This document shows, piece after piece, positions 45,740 to 54,538 of a stretch of DNA of 58,880 nucleotides (position 1 is the stretch's first letter; each line of letters starts with the position of its first letter). The translations under genes and the position numbers were made by a program. The stretch covers positions 1 through 58,880 of the forward strand of contig JAQYSN010000039.1 of assembly GCA_028725265.1 (NCBI GenBank). Direction: 5' to 3'. Under the pieces are notes generated by a model. The model saw only the letters and a list, made by a program, of their open reading frames with translations, was not told the DNA's origin and did not search any database. The stretch comes from Spirochaetales bacterium. GTDB lineage: Bacteria; Spirochaetota; Spirochaetia; Treponematales; Treponemataceae.

Positions 45740-46246
45740 CTAGTTCGAAATTAATGCATCTATCTGTTTTTCTATACTTTTAGTCAAGTATGAATAGTTC
45801 ATTTTGTTTAAAAGTTCTAGAACCCATTTTTTAAAGTCACATCTACTTATATAGCCACCAAACTTCTCTTGTTTCTTGTAATAGTTATCAACTAGATATT
45901 TTAGTAATTTTTTATTCGAAATATTGTCTTTTAGTGAAAATGAATTATTAATTTTATATATGTAATCATTTTTTTCTAATTCGTTGATTGCCGTTTTTAA
46001 ATTTATTTCATACGCATTAGTTGTAATATTATTTTCTATTTCTATTTCAGCAGATAACCTTTTTTCTGTTATTTCCTCATCTAAAAAATTGTTTTCGAGG
46101 AGCTTTTTACAATACCAATAATAGTTTTCCAGTTCCTTTTCTTTTTTATCATCAGATAATGATTCTATTAGTTTGATTTGCTCATTTAAGAATGTTTCAT
46201 TTTTAGTTTTCGTAATAAGATTTTCTTGAATTTCTGTTTCTGTCAT
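45740..46246 (-). CDS. hypothetical protein C of the three-gene cassette (168 aa, K/E/N-rich, probably helical)
   Basis: ATGA overlap with the preceding gene; no family recognised. Confidence 0.65.
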   Translation of the reverse strand: MTETEIQENLITKTKNETFLNEQIKLIESLSDDKKEKELENYYWYCKKLLENNFLDEEITEKRLSAEIEIENNITTNAYEINLKTAINELEKNDYIYKINNSFSLKDNISNKKLLKYLVDNYYKKQEKFGGYISRCDFKKWVLELLNKMNYSYLTKSIEKQIDALISN

Positions 46247-46773
46247 TCTATCCCCTTATAATAATTCTTGTAGCCAAAAACTATACTAGAAATTTGGCTT
46301 TTGTTTTCCAATGAACTGTTGAAACAAATTTCTTTTGAATGGCTTAAATATCCGTAAATTTTATTCGTTGTAAAATCATCTGCCAATTGTTTGAAATGCT
46401 TTACCGTAAAATCTGAAAAATCTACACCATCAACAAATAATTCGATATTTTCATTTGGAAAGATTTCTATTGCTTCAAATTTTTCTTCCTTGTTGTAATA
46501 GATTGTGAATCCGTCATAAATATCGTCATTTTGGTCACCATCAGAAATCAATGAATATATTTCTTCCATTTCATCAAAATTTGATAGCGCATGTTTTGAT
46601 ATATCAACCATCATCAGCTTGAAACCCTGCAACATTTTTTTTACTTCTGGTTCATCAAGATGATTTTCTGGCTCTTTATAATTTAATCCAATTTTTTCCC
46701 TTACAACATTTTTAAATTCGCCAAAGCATATATCATTAACACCCTTTAATAATTCAATATTTAGTCTAATCAT
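46243..46773 (-). CDS. hypothetical protein B of the three-gene cassette (176 aa, acidic; positional immunity candidate)
   Basis: 8-nt overlap with the preceding gene; no family recognised. Confidence 0.65.
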   Translation of the reverse strand: MIRLNIELLKGVNDICFGEFKNVVREKIGLNYKEPENHLDEPEVKKMLQGFKLMMVDISKHALSNFDEMEEIYSLISDGDQNDDIYDGFTIYYNKEEKFEAIEIFPNENIELFVDGVDFSDFTVKHFKQLADDFTTNKIYGYLSHSKEICFNSSLENKSQISSIVFGYKNYYKGIE

Positions 46774-47257
46774 TTATATCCCCTTTCGATTGAAGTTTTT
46801 GATCATAAGCAATTTTTTCAAGTATGGCTTTGGAATATTTTGAACCAAATTGTTTTAAAAGATCTAATATATCTAAAAGTTCTGCTTCTAAAAACAATCC
46901 TTTTTCTATCAATTTTTTTTGTACTTGCCTATATCTTACCGCGCTTTTGCTATTTTTGAAACTTTTTGTTAATGCATGATCTTCTTTTTCGAGAATAACA
47001 CAAGGTCCTTTCCATCTTGAAAGTGGAGAAGCGCTATTAGCTGGCATATGATGAATTTCGAGATTATGATTTCCTTTGGTAGATTTTCTCAACTCGCCAT
47101 AGCTTCCGCCCTTAGAAGTCTTTGATACATAATTTGGATGTCTTTTATAATAGTCAAGTAAAAGATTGATTATGTATTGCTTAATTCCTGGATTGTTACG
47201 GAATGTAAATTCTCCATTTTCTTTTCTCGGTTGTGTTTCCCATTTGTTTTTAGACAT
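46766..47257 (-). CDS. hypothetical protein A of the three-gene cassette (163 aa) with an xHH...DH motif (possible HNH/EndoVII-fold nuclease toxin)
   Basis: GGAGG 6 nt upstream of the ATG; motif E67-I-H-H-M-P ... GPCVILEKED93-H94. Confidence 0.65.
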   Translation of the reverse strand: MSKNKWETQPRKENGEFTFRNNPGIKQYIINLLLDYYKRHPNYVSKTSKGGSYGELRKSTKGNHNLEIHHMPANSASPLSRWKGPCVILEKEDHALTKSFKNSKSAVRYRQVQKKLIEKGLFLEAELLDILDLLKQFGSKYSKAILEKIAYDQKLQSKGDIND

Positions 47258-47357
47258 ATTATGCCTCCGTTTTTAAATTTTTCTTGAGAATAATCTAAAA
47301 TGAAAAACATGTAAAAAGAGAATTTTGGTAATTATAGGGAATTTTGGAAATTAATTT

Positions 47358-47462
47358 GCGTTAGGGGTTGTAGCACCTGCGTAGCAGTCCCGAATGAAGG
47401 TGAGGGATGAGCCGCGGTTAGACGGCGAAGTGCGAAAAGCCCGACCCGAAGTGTAGCGCCCA
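47358..47462. repeat. GC-rich intergenic patch P2 (related to P1, inverted)
   Basis: See 35907-36027; lies between the divergent cassette and ATPase genes. Confidence 0.4.
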
Positions 47463-47535
47463 TATCAAAAAAATTCCTTGCTTTTTACCTATAAAAGCGC
47501 TATATTTGTAGTAATCCTACAAAAAGAGGTGTTTC

Positions 47536-48807
47536 ATGCTACTTAAATTCTCTATTAGCAATTTTTATTCTGTGAAAGATACTTTGACGGTGGACTTTGA
47601 AGCCGAGCGAATTTCAACAGAAGGGGCAAAGGTTCTTGCTGACAATGTATTCTCTGGAAATGGAAAAAAATACCTTAAGACGATTGGTGTATTCGGGCCG
47701 AATGCTTCTGGAAAGACAAGTATTTATAAGGCACTTCTTTTTTGCAGCAGACTTGTTTTGGAATCTCACATGAATAATGAAGGTTCTGTTTTTAATTTCA
47801 TGCCTTTCAAGTTTGACGGGTATCATGAAAAGCCTAGCGAGTTTTGTATCAATTTCATTTGCGATGGTCTTGAGTATGAATATTCTTTTTCTCTGACTCG
47901 GAAAGAAATTGTTTCGGAAAGCCTTTATTATTATCCTGGCAAACGAAAGGCAAAGATTTTTACGCGCAATGAACAGGTGGGGAAATCGAAAAGCGAGATT
48001 TTTAGTTTTGCCGATGGTTCCTTTGTTAAGCCTATGGATGTGGCCCAGAGTACGGGGCGAAATACTTTGTTTATAAGCCGTGCGAGTCAGATGGATAGGG
48101 AGCTTGCAAAGAAGATTTATAATTTCTTTTTGACAGAGCTTTATGTTGGTGTACCAAATATACCTGATGAATATGCGTTAAACCTTTTTAAAAAGAATAA
48201 GGCTTTATTGCTTAAGGCATTGAAGATGGCCGATAGTGATATTGAGGATATTGAAGTTCGTCGCGAGCGAGTAAACATTCCTGTCCCGCCTGCTTATCTT
48301 CAGCTAGGTCGCAATATGATACCGAGCATTCCTGCCATTGATTCTGAAACTATACTTCGTTTTTTGACAACTCATAAACGCAGTCCAAATATAAAGTTTG
48401 ATTTGTATGCGGAAGAATCTGCTGGGACGATTCAAATTTTTTACCTTCTTCTTGTCCTTCTTGATATTTGCAAAAGAGGAAAAACACTTATTGTCGATGA
48501 ATTTGATTTGAGCTTGCATACGGAATTGGCGCAATTTATCATCAATATGGTTCACGCTTCAAAGGGAGCTCAACTTCTTTTTACGAGCCACAATACGAAT
48601 CTTATTGATGTCAAAAAATTCCGCAGAGATCAGATTTGTTTTACTAATAAGAAGAAAGACGGTTCTACAGATTTTTACTCACTTTTTGATTTTAAGGATT
48701 TCCGCGAGAACATGGATGCCGAAAAGGGCTACTTGCAGGGAAGATTTGACGCTGTTCCTTATGTGACAGCTTCAGTCGATGAAATCAGAAAGCTTTTTGG
48801 GGAGTAA
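47536..48807 (+). CDS. AAA_21/ABC-type ATPase (RloA / AbiLi-like)
   Basis: 423 aa; Walker A GPNASGKTS, signature-like ESAGT, Walker B LIVDEFD, H-loop TSHN. Confidence 0.85.
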   Translation: MLLKFSISNFYSVKDTLTVDFEAERISTEGAKVLADNVFSGNGKKYLKTIGVFGPNASGKTSIYKALLFCSRLVLESHMNNEGSVFNFMPFKFDGYHEKPSEFCINFICDGLEYEYSFSLTRKEIVSESLYYYPGKRKAKIFTRNEQVGKSKSEIFSFADGSFVKPMDVAQSTGRNTLFISRASQMDRELAKKIYNFFLTELYVGVPNIPDEYALNLFKKNKALLLKALKMADSDIEDIEVRRERVNIPVPPAYLQLGRNMIPSIPAIDSETILRFLTTHKRSPNIKFDLYAEESAGTIQIFYLLLVLLDICKRGKTLIVDEFDLSLHTELAQFIINMVHASKGAQLLFTSHNTNLIDVKKFRRDQICFTNKKKDGSTDFYSLFDFKDFRENMDAEKGYLQGRFDAVPYVTASVDEIRKLFGE

Positions 48808-48809
48808 GT

Positions 48810-48992
48810 ATGACACGAGGGAAAAACGGTCGCCCAGATCGAAAAATGAAACCGATTATTCTCGTTTTGTGCGAAGGCGAAACCGAAGAAAGTTATGTTG
48901 AGAATCTTAAACAGAAATACAGGCTTCCTATAAAAATTGTCTCAAAAAATGAATTTATTGCCGTACTAGAAAAAAATAATGAATCCAAATGA
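48810..48992 (+). pseudogene. truncated RloB/AbiLii-like gene (N-terminal ~45 aa only)
   Basis: KPIILVLCEGETEESYVENLK matches the characteristic RloB N-terminus. The ORF stops at 60 aa, whereas the family is about 200 aa as I recall, and only ~100 bp remain before the next gene. Confidence 0.6.
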
Positions 48993-49003
48993 GCACAATG
49001 CGC

Positions 49004-49056
49004 AAAAAAAAACTTGCAAAGGCTTCCGTCATACAAACATTCTGACCTTTGCAAGT
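49004..49056 (-). terminator. terminator of the EIIC-like gene
   Basis: 11-bp perfect stem ACTTGCAAAGG/CCTTTGCAAGT; the A9 run on the plus strand gives a T-run after the stem on the minus strand. Confidence 0.65.
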
Positions 49057-49093
49057 TCTTTCAGGTCTTCTTCGTAAATAGAGTTTTCTAACC

Positions 49094-50167
49094 CTAGTTC
49101 AGTTTCTGATCGCCCTCTTTGACCCAGCCGATTTTTCTGAAAAGCAGGTCGAATCCGAAAGTCAAGGCAGCAGGCAATACGAAGCAAATCAAAATCATTC
49201 CAATCCATTCAAGTGCGCCTGGATGAATTGCTGTTGCCCCGTGCATAATTGCAACTTCGCTCGGCTCGAACCAACCCGTAATCATACCAATCGGACCGAC
49301 CAAACCGCAAGTTCCCATTCCGCTAGAAACGGCAGCACCGTTCATTTCCAGCTTGAAAACGCAGGTTGCCAAAGGTCCAGTAATAAGGCTCGACAAAGTC
49401 GGTGCAATCCAAATGCACGGATTTTTGATGATGTTCGGCATCTGAAGCATTGAAGTTCCCAAACCCTGAGACAAAACGCCGTTCCACTTATTCTCACGGA
49501 AACTTGCTACTGCAAATCCGACCATCTGGGCACAACAACCAGCTACGGCAGCTCCACCGGCCAATCCTGTAAGACCGAAAGCCGCACAAATCGCAGCCGA
49601 ACTAATCGGAAGCGTAAGTGCAAGTCCGATAACAACAGAAACGATACAGCCCATCCAGAAAGGATGAAGTTTAGTTGCCCAAACGACGAATTTTCCGACA
49701 GAACTTGCGCCAAGTCCAATCCATTTTGCTGTCAAAACCGTAAGAAGCGCTCCAACCAAAATTGTAACAAGCGGCGTTACGATAATATCAACTTTTGTTT
49801 TTCCGCTAACAAGATTTCCAAGTTCTGCGGCGATAATGGCGATGAATAAAACTGCCAAAGGACCGCCAGCTCCACCTGTCACGTTAGCCGCAGCTCCTAC
49901 AGCTGCAAGCGAAAACAAAACCAAGTTCGGAACATGCATTGCAAAGCCGATACCCACAGCCATCGCAGCCCCTACGACATGTGCTTCTGTTGCGAAGTTT
50001 CCTGCATCAACAAAAAATTTGAAAAAGACATTCTCATTCAGTCTCATCAATTGCTGTCCGAGAGTCTTGATAATTGTTCCTATCAAAAGTGATGCGAACA
50101 ATCCCTGAGCCATTCCGCTCATTGCGTCAATTAAGTAACGTTTGACATACTTATTCATTCTTTTCAA
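49094..50167 (-). CDS. polytopic membrane protein, PTS EIIC-like (PTS_EIIC_2-type)
   Basis: 357 aa; Gly/Ala-rich TM helices; the N-terminus ..YLIDAMSGMAQGLFASLLIGTII resembles that family. Assignment is from memory only. Confidence 0.5.
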   Translation of the reverse strand: MKRMNKYVKRYLIDAMSGMAQGLFASLLIGTIIKTLGQQLMRLNENVFFKFFVDAGNFATEAHVVGAAMAVGIGFAMHVPNLVLFSLAAVGAAANVTGGAGGPLAVLFIAIIAAELGNLVSGKTKVDIIVTPLVTILVGALLTVLTAKWIGLGASSVGKFVVWATKLHPFWMGCIVSVVIGLALTLPISSAAICAAFGLTGLAGGAAVAGCCAQMVGFAVASFRENKWNGVLSQGLGTSMLQMPNIIKNPCIWIAPTLSSLITGPLATCVFKLEMNGAAVSSGMGTCGLVGPIGMITGWFEPSEVAIMHGATAIHPGALEWIGMILICFVLPAALTFGFDLLFRKIGWVKEGDQKLN

Positions 50168-50209
50168 CCTTTACCCATCAGGGTATGTTTTTATATCCAG
50201 TCAGAGAAA

Positions 50210-51613
50210 TTATATTTCGTCTGGTATTGGCTTAATAATTTTTTTCGATGTTATGGACATGAATGTAATGGTCAAGGCAAGAGAAACCAACTCTGCAATT
50301 GGGAACGACCACCATATTGCATTTACATTGCCCGAAAGCGAAAGCAAGTAGGCGGCAGGAAGAAGAACGACTAGCTGTCTGGCAATAGAAATTATCATCG
50401 AATAATGAGCTTTTCCGAGGGCCTGACATGCAGAACCTCCGATGATACAAAATCCACAGATTAAATAGTGAACGGCAATAATTCTCAATGCTTTTATACC
50501 CATAGCCTTCATCGTATCCGAAGCATGGAAAATATCCAGAAGATAACCTGGAATCAGTTCGAATGCCAAGAATCCAATGAACATGATGCCCATTGCATAA
50601 ATCGTTGCATATTTTACCGTTGCTGTTATTCGTTTTTTCTTTTGCGCACCATAATTGTAGGCGATAATCGGAACCATACCATTGTTCAATCCGAAAACTG
50701 GCATAAAAAAGAAACTCTGTAGCTTGAAGTACGCTCCGAAAACAGCTGCAGCAGTCGAAGTAAAGCCCAGCAAGATTTTGTTGAAACCAAATACCATGAC
50801 AGAACCGATGGCCTGCATTATGATTGTCGGAATTCCGATTTTATAGATTTGGCCGATTATGTAACTTTCAAAACTAAAATGTCGGATTTTGAGCTTGATT
50901 TCGTGATTTTTCTTGATATTCAAGATGATGGCCAAAGAACCTGCTATAAACTGGCCTGTTACGGTTGCAATTGCAGCTCCCTTTGCTTCGAGCCGAGGAA
51001 CGATTTGAATGCCTTTGACATTTATTCCAAAAATAAAAATAGGATCCAAGATGATGTTGATGATGGCTCCTGTCGACTGCGTTATCATTGAGTAGAAGGA
51101 TTTTCCCGTAGAAATCAAGAGACGTTCGAAAATAAACTGGGTGCAAACTCCTAAAGACCCAATCATGATTATCTGCATGTAATCGATTCCGTATTTGATG
51201 ATTTTTGCATCATCAGTCTGCGCGATGAAAAACGGTTTTGTTACGAAAATTCCTATAAGTACAAAAAAGAGAAAATAGAAAAAAGACAGATAGATACCCG
51301 TTGTTGCAACGCTGTTTACCTTATCGAATTTTTTTTCTCCGAGGGCATGGCTTAAAACAGTGCCTACACCGATTCCTGTTCCTCCGACGATGGCAACTAC
51401 CAAAGTCTGAATTGGAAAGACAAGTGATACAGCGGTAAAAGCTTCTTCACATACTCTAGAAATAAAAATGCTGTCAACGATGTTATAAAGGGCTTGAATG
51501 AGCATTGATAGCATCATTGGAATGGACATCGTAATAAGGAGCTTATTGATTTCCATCGTTCCCATTTTATTTTCTGGTAATGGTGCTTTAGTCTCTTCGG
51601 AAATATTTTGCAT
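50210..51613 (-). CDS. MATE family efflux transporter
   Basis: 467 aa, 12 TM, N-terminal ..INKLLITMSIPMMLSMLIQALYNIVDSIFI pattern. Confidence 0.9.
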   Translation of the reverse strand: MQNISEETKAPLPENKMGTMEINKLLITMSIPMMLSMLIQALYNIVDSIFISRVCEEAFTAVSLVFPIQTLVVAIVGGTGIGVGTVLSHALGEKKFDKVNSVATTGIYLSFFYFLFFVLIGIFVTKPFFIAQTDDAKIIKYGIDYMQIIMIGSLGVCTQFIFERLLISTGKSFYSMITQSTGAIINIILDPIFIFGINVKGIQIVPRLEAKGAAIATVTGQFIAGSLAIILNIKKNHEIKLKIRHFSFESYIIGQIYKIGIPTIIMQAIGSVMVFGFNKILLGFTSTAAAVFGAYFKLQSFFFMPVFGLNNGMVPIIAYNYGAQKKKRITATVKYATIYAMGIMFIGFLAFELIPGYLLDIFHASDTMKAMGIKALRIIAVHYLICGFCIIGGSACQALGKAHYSMIISIARQLVVLLPAAYLLSLSGNVNAIWWSFPIAELVSLALTITFMSITSKKIIKPIPDEI

Positions 51614-51626
51614 GGATGTAGTTTAT

Positions 51627-51662
51627 AAAAAAAAAGCCTGCTCTTCAATATGAAGAACAGGC
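51627..51662 (-). terminator. terminator of the OMP gene
   Basis: GCCTGCTCTTC/GAAGAACAGGC stem (one mismatch), followed by a T-run on the minus strand. Confidence 0.65.
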
Positions 51663-51683
51663 CGTGACATTTTAAGAATTAAC

Positions 51684-52727
51684 TTAGAATGTGTATGTAT
51701 AGCTCAAAGCAAATCGGTCAAAGAAGTACTGCTGACCTACACAAGTTCCAGTGAATGTTTCATCAGCTGTAGCAAATGCACGGGCATTTTTGATTCTGCA
51801 CTGGATAGCCAAGTTGTTGTGTTTGTCGAATGCAAGTACTACAGTTGGGTTGATACAGAATTCTACGAATGTAGGATTCCAAGCTGTGTACTGTCCGCCA
51901 GTAACGTCGTAGTAATAGCCGTCAAATTCGAGCTGAACACCAACCAAAGAGATAACAGGAACTTTGTCTGGGAACATATATCCGAATGTGATGTATGAGT
52001 CATATCCCCAACCATTGAATTTGTCTCCGCCATTTTCCCAAAGCCATGGTGTTCCATCAGCAACACCTGTCATAGCAGAGAAGTTAACCTGATATGATGC
52101 CTGCAATACGATATGGAGCCAATCTTTTGCAGAATTTTCATCGCTGATAAGGGCAGCAACATCAAACTGGAAAAGAGCTTCGATGTATGGTTTAACATAG
52201 AAGTTCATGAACATAGGAAGTGTTGCATAGTCGGCTTTTGAAAAAGTTGGAGTTGAAGTTCTGTTGATAATACCTTGTCCTCGTGCAAGACCTGGCAAAT
52301 CCCAACCTGTAGCAACTTCAATACCACCTGTGAAGTTAAGGAAAGCTATAGGAGTGTAAATGATTTTACCTGTTCCTTTAATGTCAACTGGACCTCGAAT
52401 TTCGAATCCTTCCTGGAATTTAACATTGTTTCCTGCTGTAAGAGCATTGTTTCCTGGTGTGTTCAATTTGTATTCATACCAGAATCCAAGGGCACCTTCA
52501 ACTCCACGATAAAATCCATTTAGATTTGACCATGATGTTCCTGCGGCATTTTCTGTTCCGCTAGAAGTTGCAAAACTTGGATAATATGCAGCTGAAAAGT
52601 TAATCCATAAACTGTGTTCTCCTGTTTGAGAATTTGCTGCTGCATCAGCTTCTGCTTCTGCATCCTGTGCAAAAATAAATGTTGTGCACATCAAAACACA
52701 AAGAATTATACTAAGTGCTTTTTTCAT
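51684..52727 (-). CDS. putative outer-membrane beta-barrel protein/porin
   Basis: 347 aa; signal peptide ..FIFA/QD, aromatic-rich alternating pattern, C-terminal ..SYTYTF. Confidence 0.65.
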   Translation of the reverse strand: MKKALSIILCVLMCTTFIFAQDAEAEADAAANSQTGEHSLWINFSAAYYPSFATSSGTENAAGTSWSNLNGFYRGVEGALGFWYEYKLNTPGNNALTAGNNVKFQEGFEIRGPVDIKGTGKIIYTPIAFLNFTGGIEVATGWDLPGLARGQGIINRTSTPTFSKADYATLPMFMNFYVKPYIEALFQFDVAALISDENSAKDWLHIVLQASYQVNFSAMTGVADGTPWLWENGGDKFNGWGYDSYITFGYMFPDKVPVISLVGVQLEFDGYYYDVTGGQYTAWNPTFVEFCINPTVVLAFDKHNNLAIQCRIKNARAFATADETFTGTCVGQQYFFDRFALSYTYTF

Positions 52728-52926
52728 TTTTCTTTTTCCTCCTGTTTTTACATCAACACGAAAATAAATAAGCTTCCGAGTGATTAAAAATCAATTAACT
52801 AAAATTCTAATTGTAAACTTTTTATCTGTCAAATTATTTTTTCACTTTAATTTATTTAACCGGTTCGTAAAAGTTTTTCAATGACAGTGAAGAAATATCG
52901 GTTTATAATGTTTCGATAGAGGTTTT

Positions 52927-54240
52927 ATGAGCGAAGAATTAACACAAGACGAAATCGATGCACTTCTAAGTGGCGTTCCAGCCGAGAAAGGCGAATCTGA
53001 AAACGAAAAAACCCAAACCGATAGCGCTGCAAAAAATACTTCCGGCAAAAAAGGAGCCGGCAAAGTTGATGAAGCCGACTCAGAGGCAAAGAAAAAACGC
53101 GTTGCAGAATGGAAAAAACGTGCTGAGCAGTGGGAAAAAAAGCATCCTGGAGTAAAAGACCATGTTTTGTCGCAGGACGAAATTGACCAGCTTTTGAAGG
53201 CGATTTCAAAAGTCCCTGATGATGACGAATATGACCTCTCTGACTCAAACAAAAGGCGAAAAATCAAAATATACGACTTCAAACGACCAGACAGATTTTC
53301 CAAAGAGCAGATTCGATATCTAGTATGCATTTTTGAAACAGTTTGCCGCGATATGACGACACAGTTTTCTGCAAGGTTACGAAGTCTTTGCCATTTTCGT
53401 GTGGCAAGCGTTGACCAGCTGACTTACGAAGAATTTATTCGTTCAGTTCCTACCCCAACAACGATGGCTTGCTGCAAGTGGGAAAGTGAAAAAGCCGTTC
53501 TGGAAATTGATCCATGCTTGACTCACGAATTTTTGTATTCGATGGTTTCGGACAAAATCGATAGATTTGAAGTTATGCTTGATGAAATCGGAGGTCTTAC
53601 CGACGATTTGAAATACGAAATTATGGATACTGCTCGAGGAGTTTTCCACGGAAGCAAAATTATCCGAGATTTGACTGATACGGAACTTTTCTTTATGGAT
53701 AATTTTGTCGCCAAGCCAATTTACAAGCTTATCACGCAAAGTTTTAACGAATGGCAGGAGCGTTCATTTTTCTTCACGCAAAAAAATCAGAAAAAGAAGT
53801 CGGAATTGGTTCTGCTTCAAGAGCCAAGCGACATCTGGATGGAAAACAATCCGCAGTTTGCACTAGTTGCAGGTCCTGCTGAAATGGGATTGCTTATTAC
53901 GATTGAAGGAAAAATCTGCGATGAAGAAGGAATGTTAAATGTCTTCTTGCCTTATGAATTTGCAAAAAATGTTTTGATTGAAAAGGGGATTCTTATGAAA
54001 GCTACGACAAATGGAAGTAAATTTGGTCTTGAAATAGTGCCTGGAAATTCCGGCGTTTCGCTTGGTGAATTCAATGTTCCGGAAGGTGAAAAAGTTGAAA
54101 AAGGAATGATTATCGAACTCAACAAACTTGCAGGTGAAGAAGTTGACCTTTACGACAAAAAGACAGGAAATATTTTTGCCAAAGGTGAAGTTGTTGTCAT
54201 AGACGAAAACTTCGGTGTGCGAGTCACAGACGTGTTGTAA
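52927..54240 (+). CDS. FliM-like flagellar switch protein paralog with an extended N-terminus
   Basis: 437 aa; FliM core [17 protein letters not shown]...[17 protein letters not shown]; C-terminal FliN/SpoA-like GEEVDLY..G...[19 protein letters not shown]; two LxQDEIDxLL motifs. Confidence 0.65.
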   Translation: MSEELTQDEIDALLSGVPAEKGESENEKTQTDSAAKNTSGKKGAGKVDEADSEAKKKRVAEWKKRAEQWEKKHPGVKDHVLSQDEIDQLLKAISKVPDDDEYDLSDSNKRRKIKIYDFKRPDRFSKEQIRYLVCIFETVCRDMTTQFSARLRSLCHFRVASVDQLTYEEFIRSVPTPTTMACCKWESEKAVLEIDPCLTHEFLYSMVSDKIDRFEVMLDEIGGLTDDLKYEIMDTARGVFHGSKIIRDLTDTELFFMDNFVAKPIYKLITQSFNEWQERSFFFTQKNQKKKSELVLLQEPSDIWMENNPQFALVAGPAEMGLLITIEGKICDEEGMLNVFLPYEFAKNVLIEKGILMKATTNGSKFGLEIVPGNSGVSLGEFNVPEGEKVEKGMIIELNKLAGEEVDLYDKKTGNIFAKGEVVVIDENFGVRVTDVL

Positions 54241-54286
54241 GGTAAGATTATAGTTTTTTCAATAGATATTCTTTAATTTTCACATT

Positions 54287-54340
54287 TAGTCCTTTTATAA
54301 TGGTACGATACTTTCGTATTAATAAAAGGACTATTTTTTT
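54287..54340 (+). terminator. Rho-independent terminator
   Basis: 12-bp stem TAGTCCTTTTAT/ATAAAAGGACTA (with a nested small hairpin) followed by T7. Confidence 0.8.
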
Positions 54341-54538
54341 ACCTTTAATTGATATGATTGCCGACCCGATTACAGAATCAGTTGTCGGTTTCAAGGAATA
54401 TAAAAGCGAGAAATCAAAAATTCATAAAAATAAGGATGACAATAAGCCATCCTTATTTTCTGAATTATAATTCAAATTCCTAAACAGTTGTGATAGGAAA
54501 GACATATTTCTCTTTAAATTGAGGTCTTTTCCTATTTC

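Larger units (their letters stand above)
39600..49056. other. accessory defence island (VapBC, Rpn, Type III R-M + XRE, unknown 3-gene cassette, AbiL/Rlo-like pair)
   Basis: Gene content; AT-rich segments; bounded by the hsp20 terminator on the left and by a truncated gene plus a terminator on the right. No integrase or flanking repeat seen. Confidence 0.6.

Noticed and set aside
52878-53330. 150-aa and 107-aa minus-strand ORFs overlapping the FliM-like N-terminus
   Set aside because: They are artefacts of the Lys/Glu-rich coding repeat on the plus strand. The plus-strand frame carries recognisable LxQDEIDxLL and FliM motifs.
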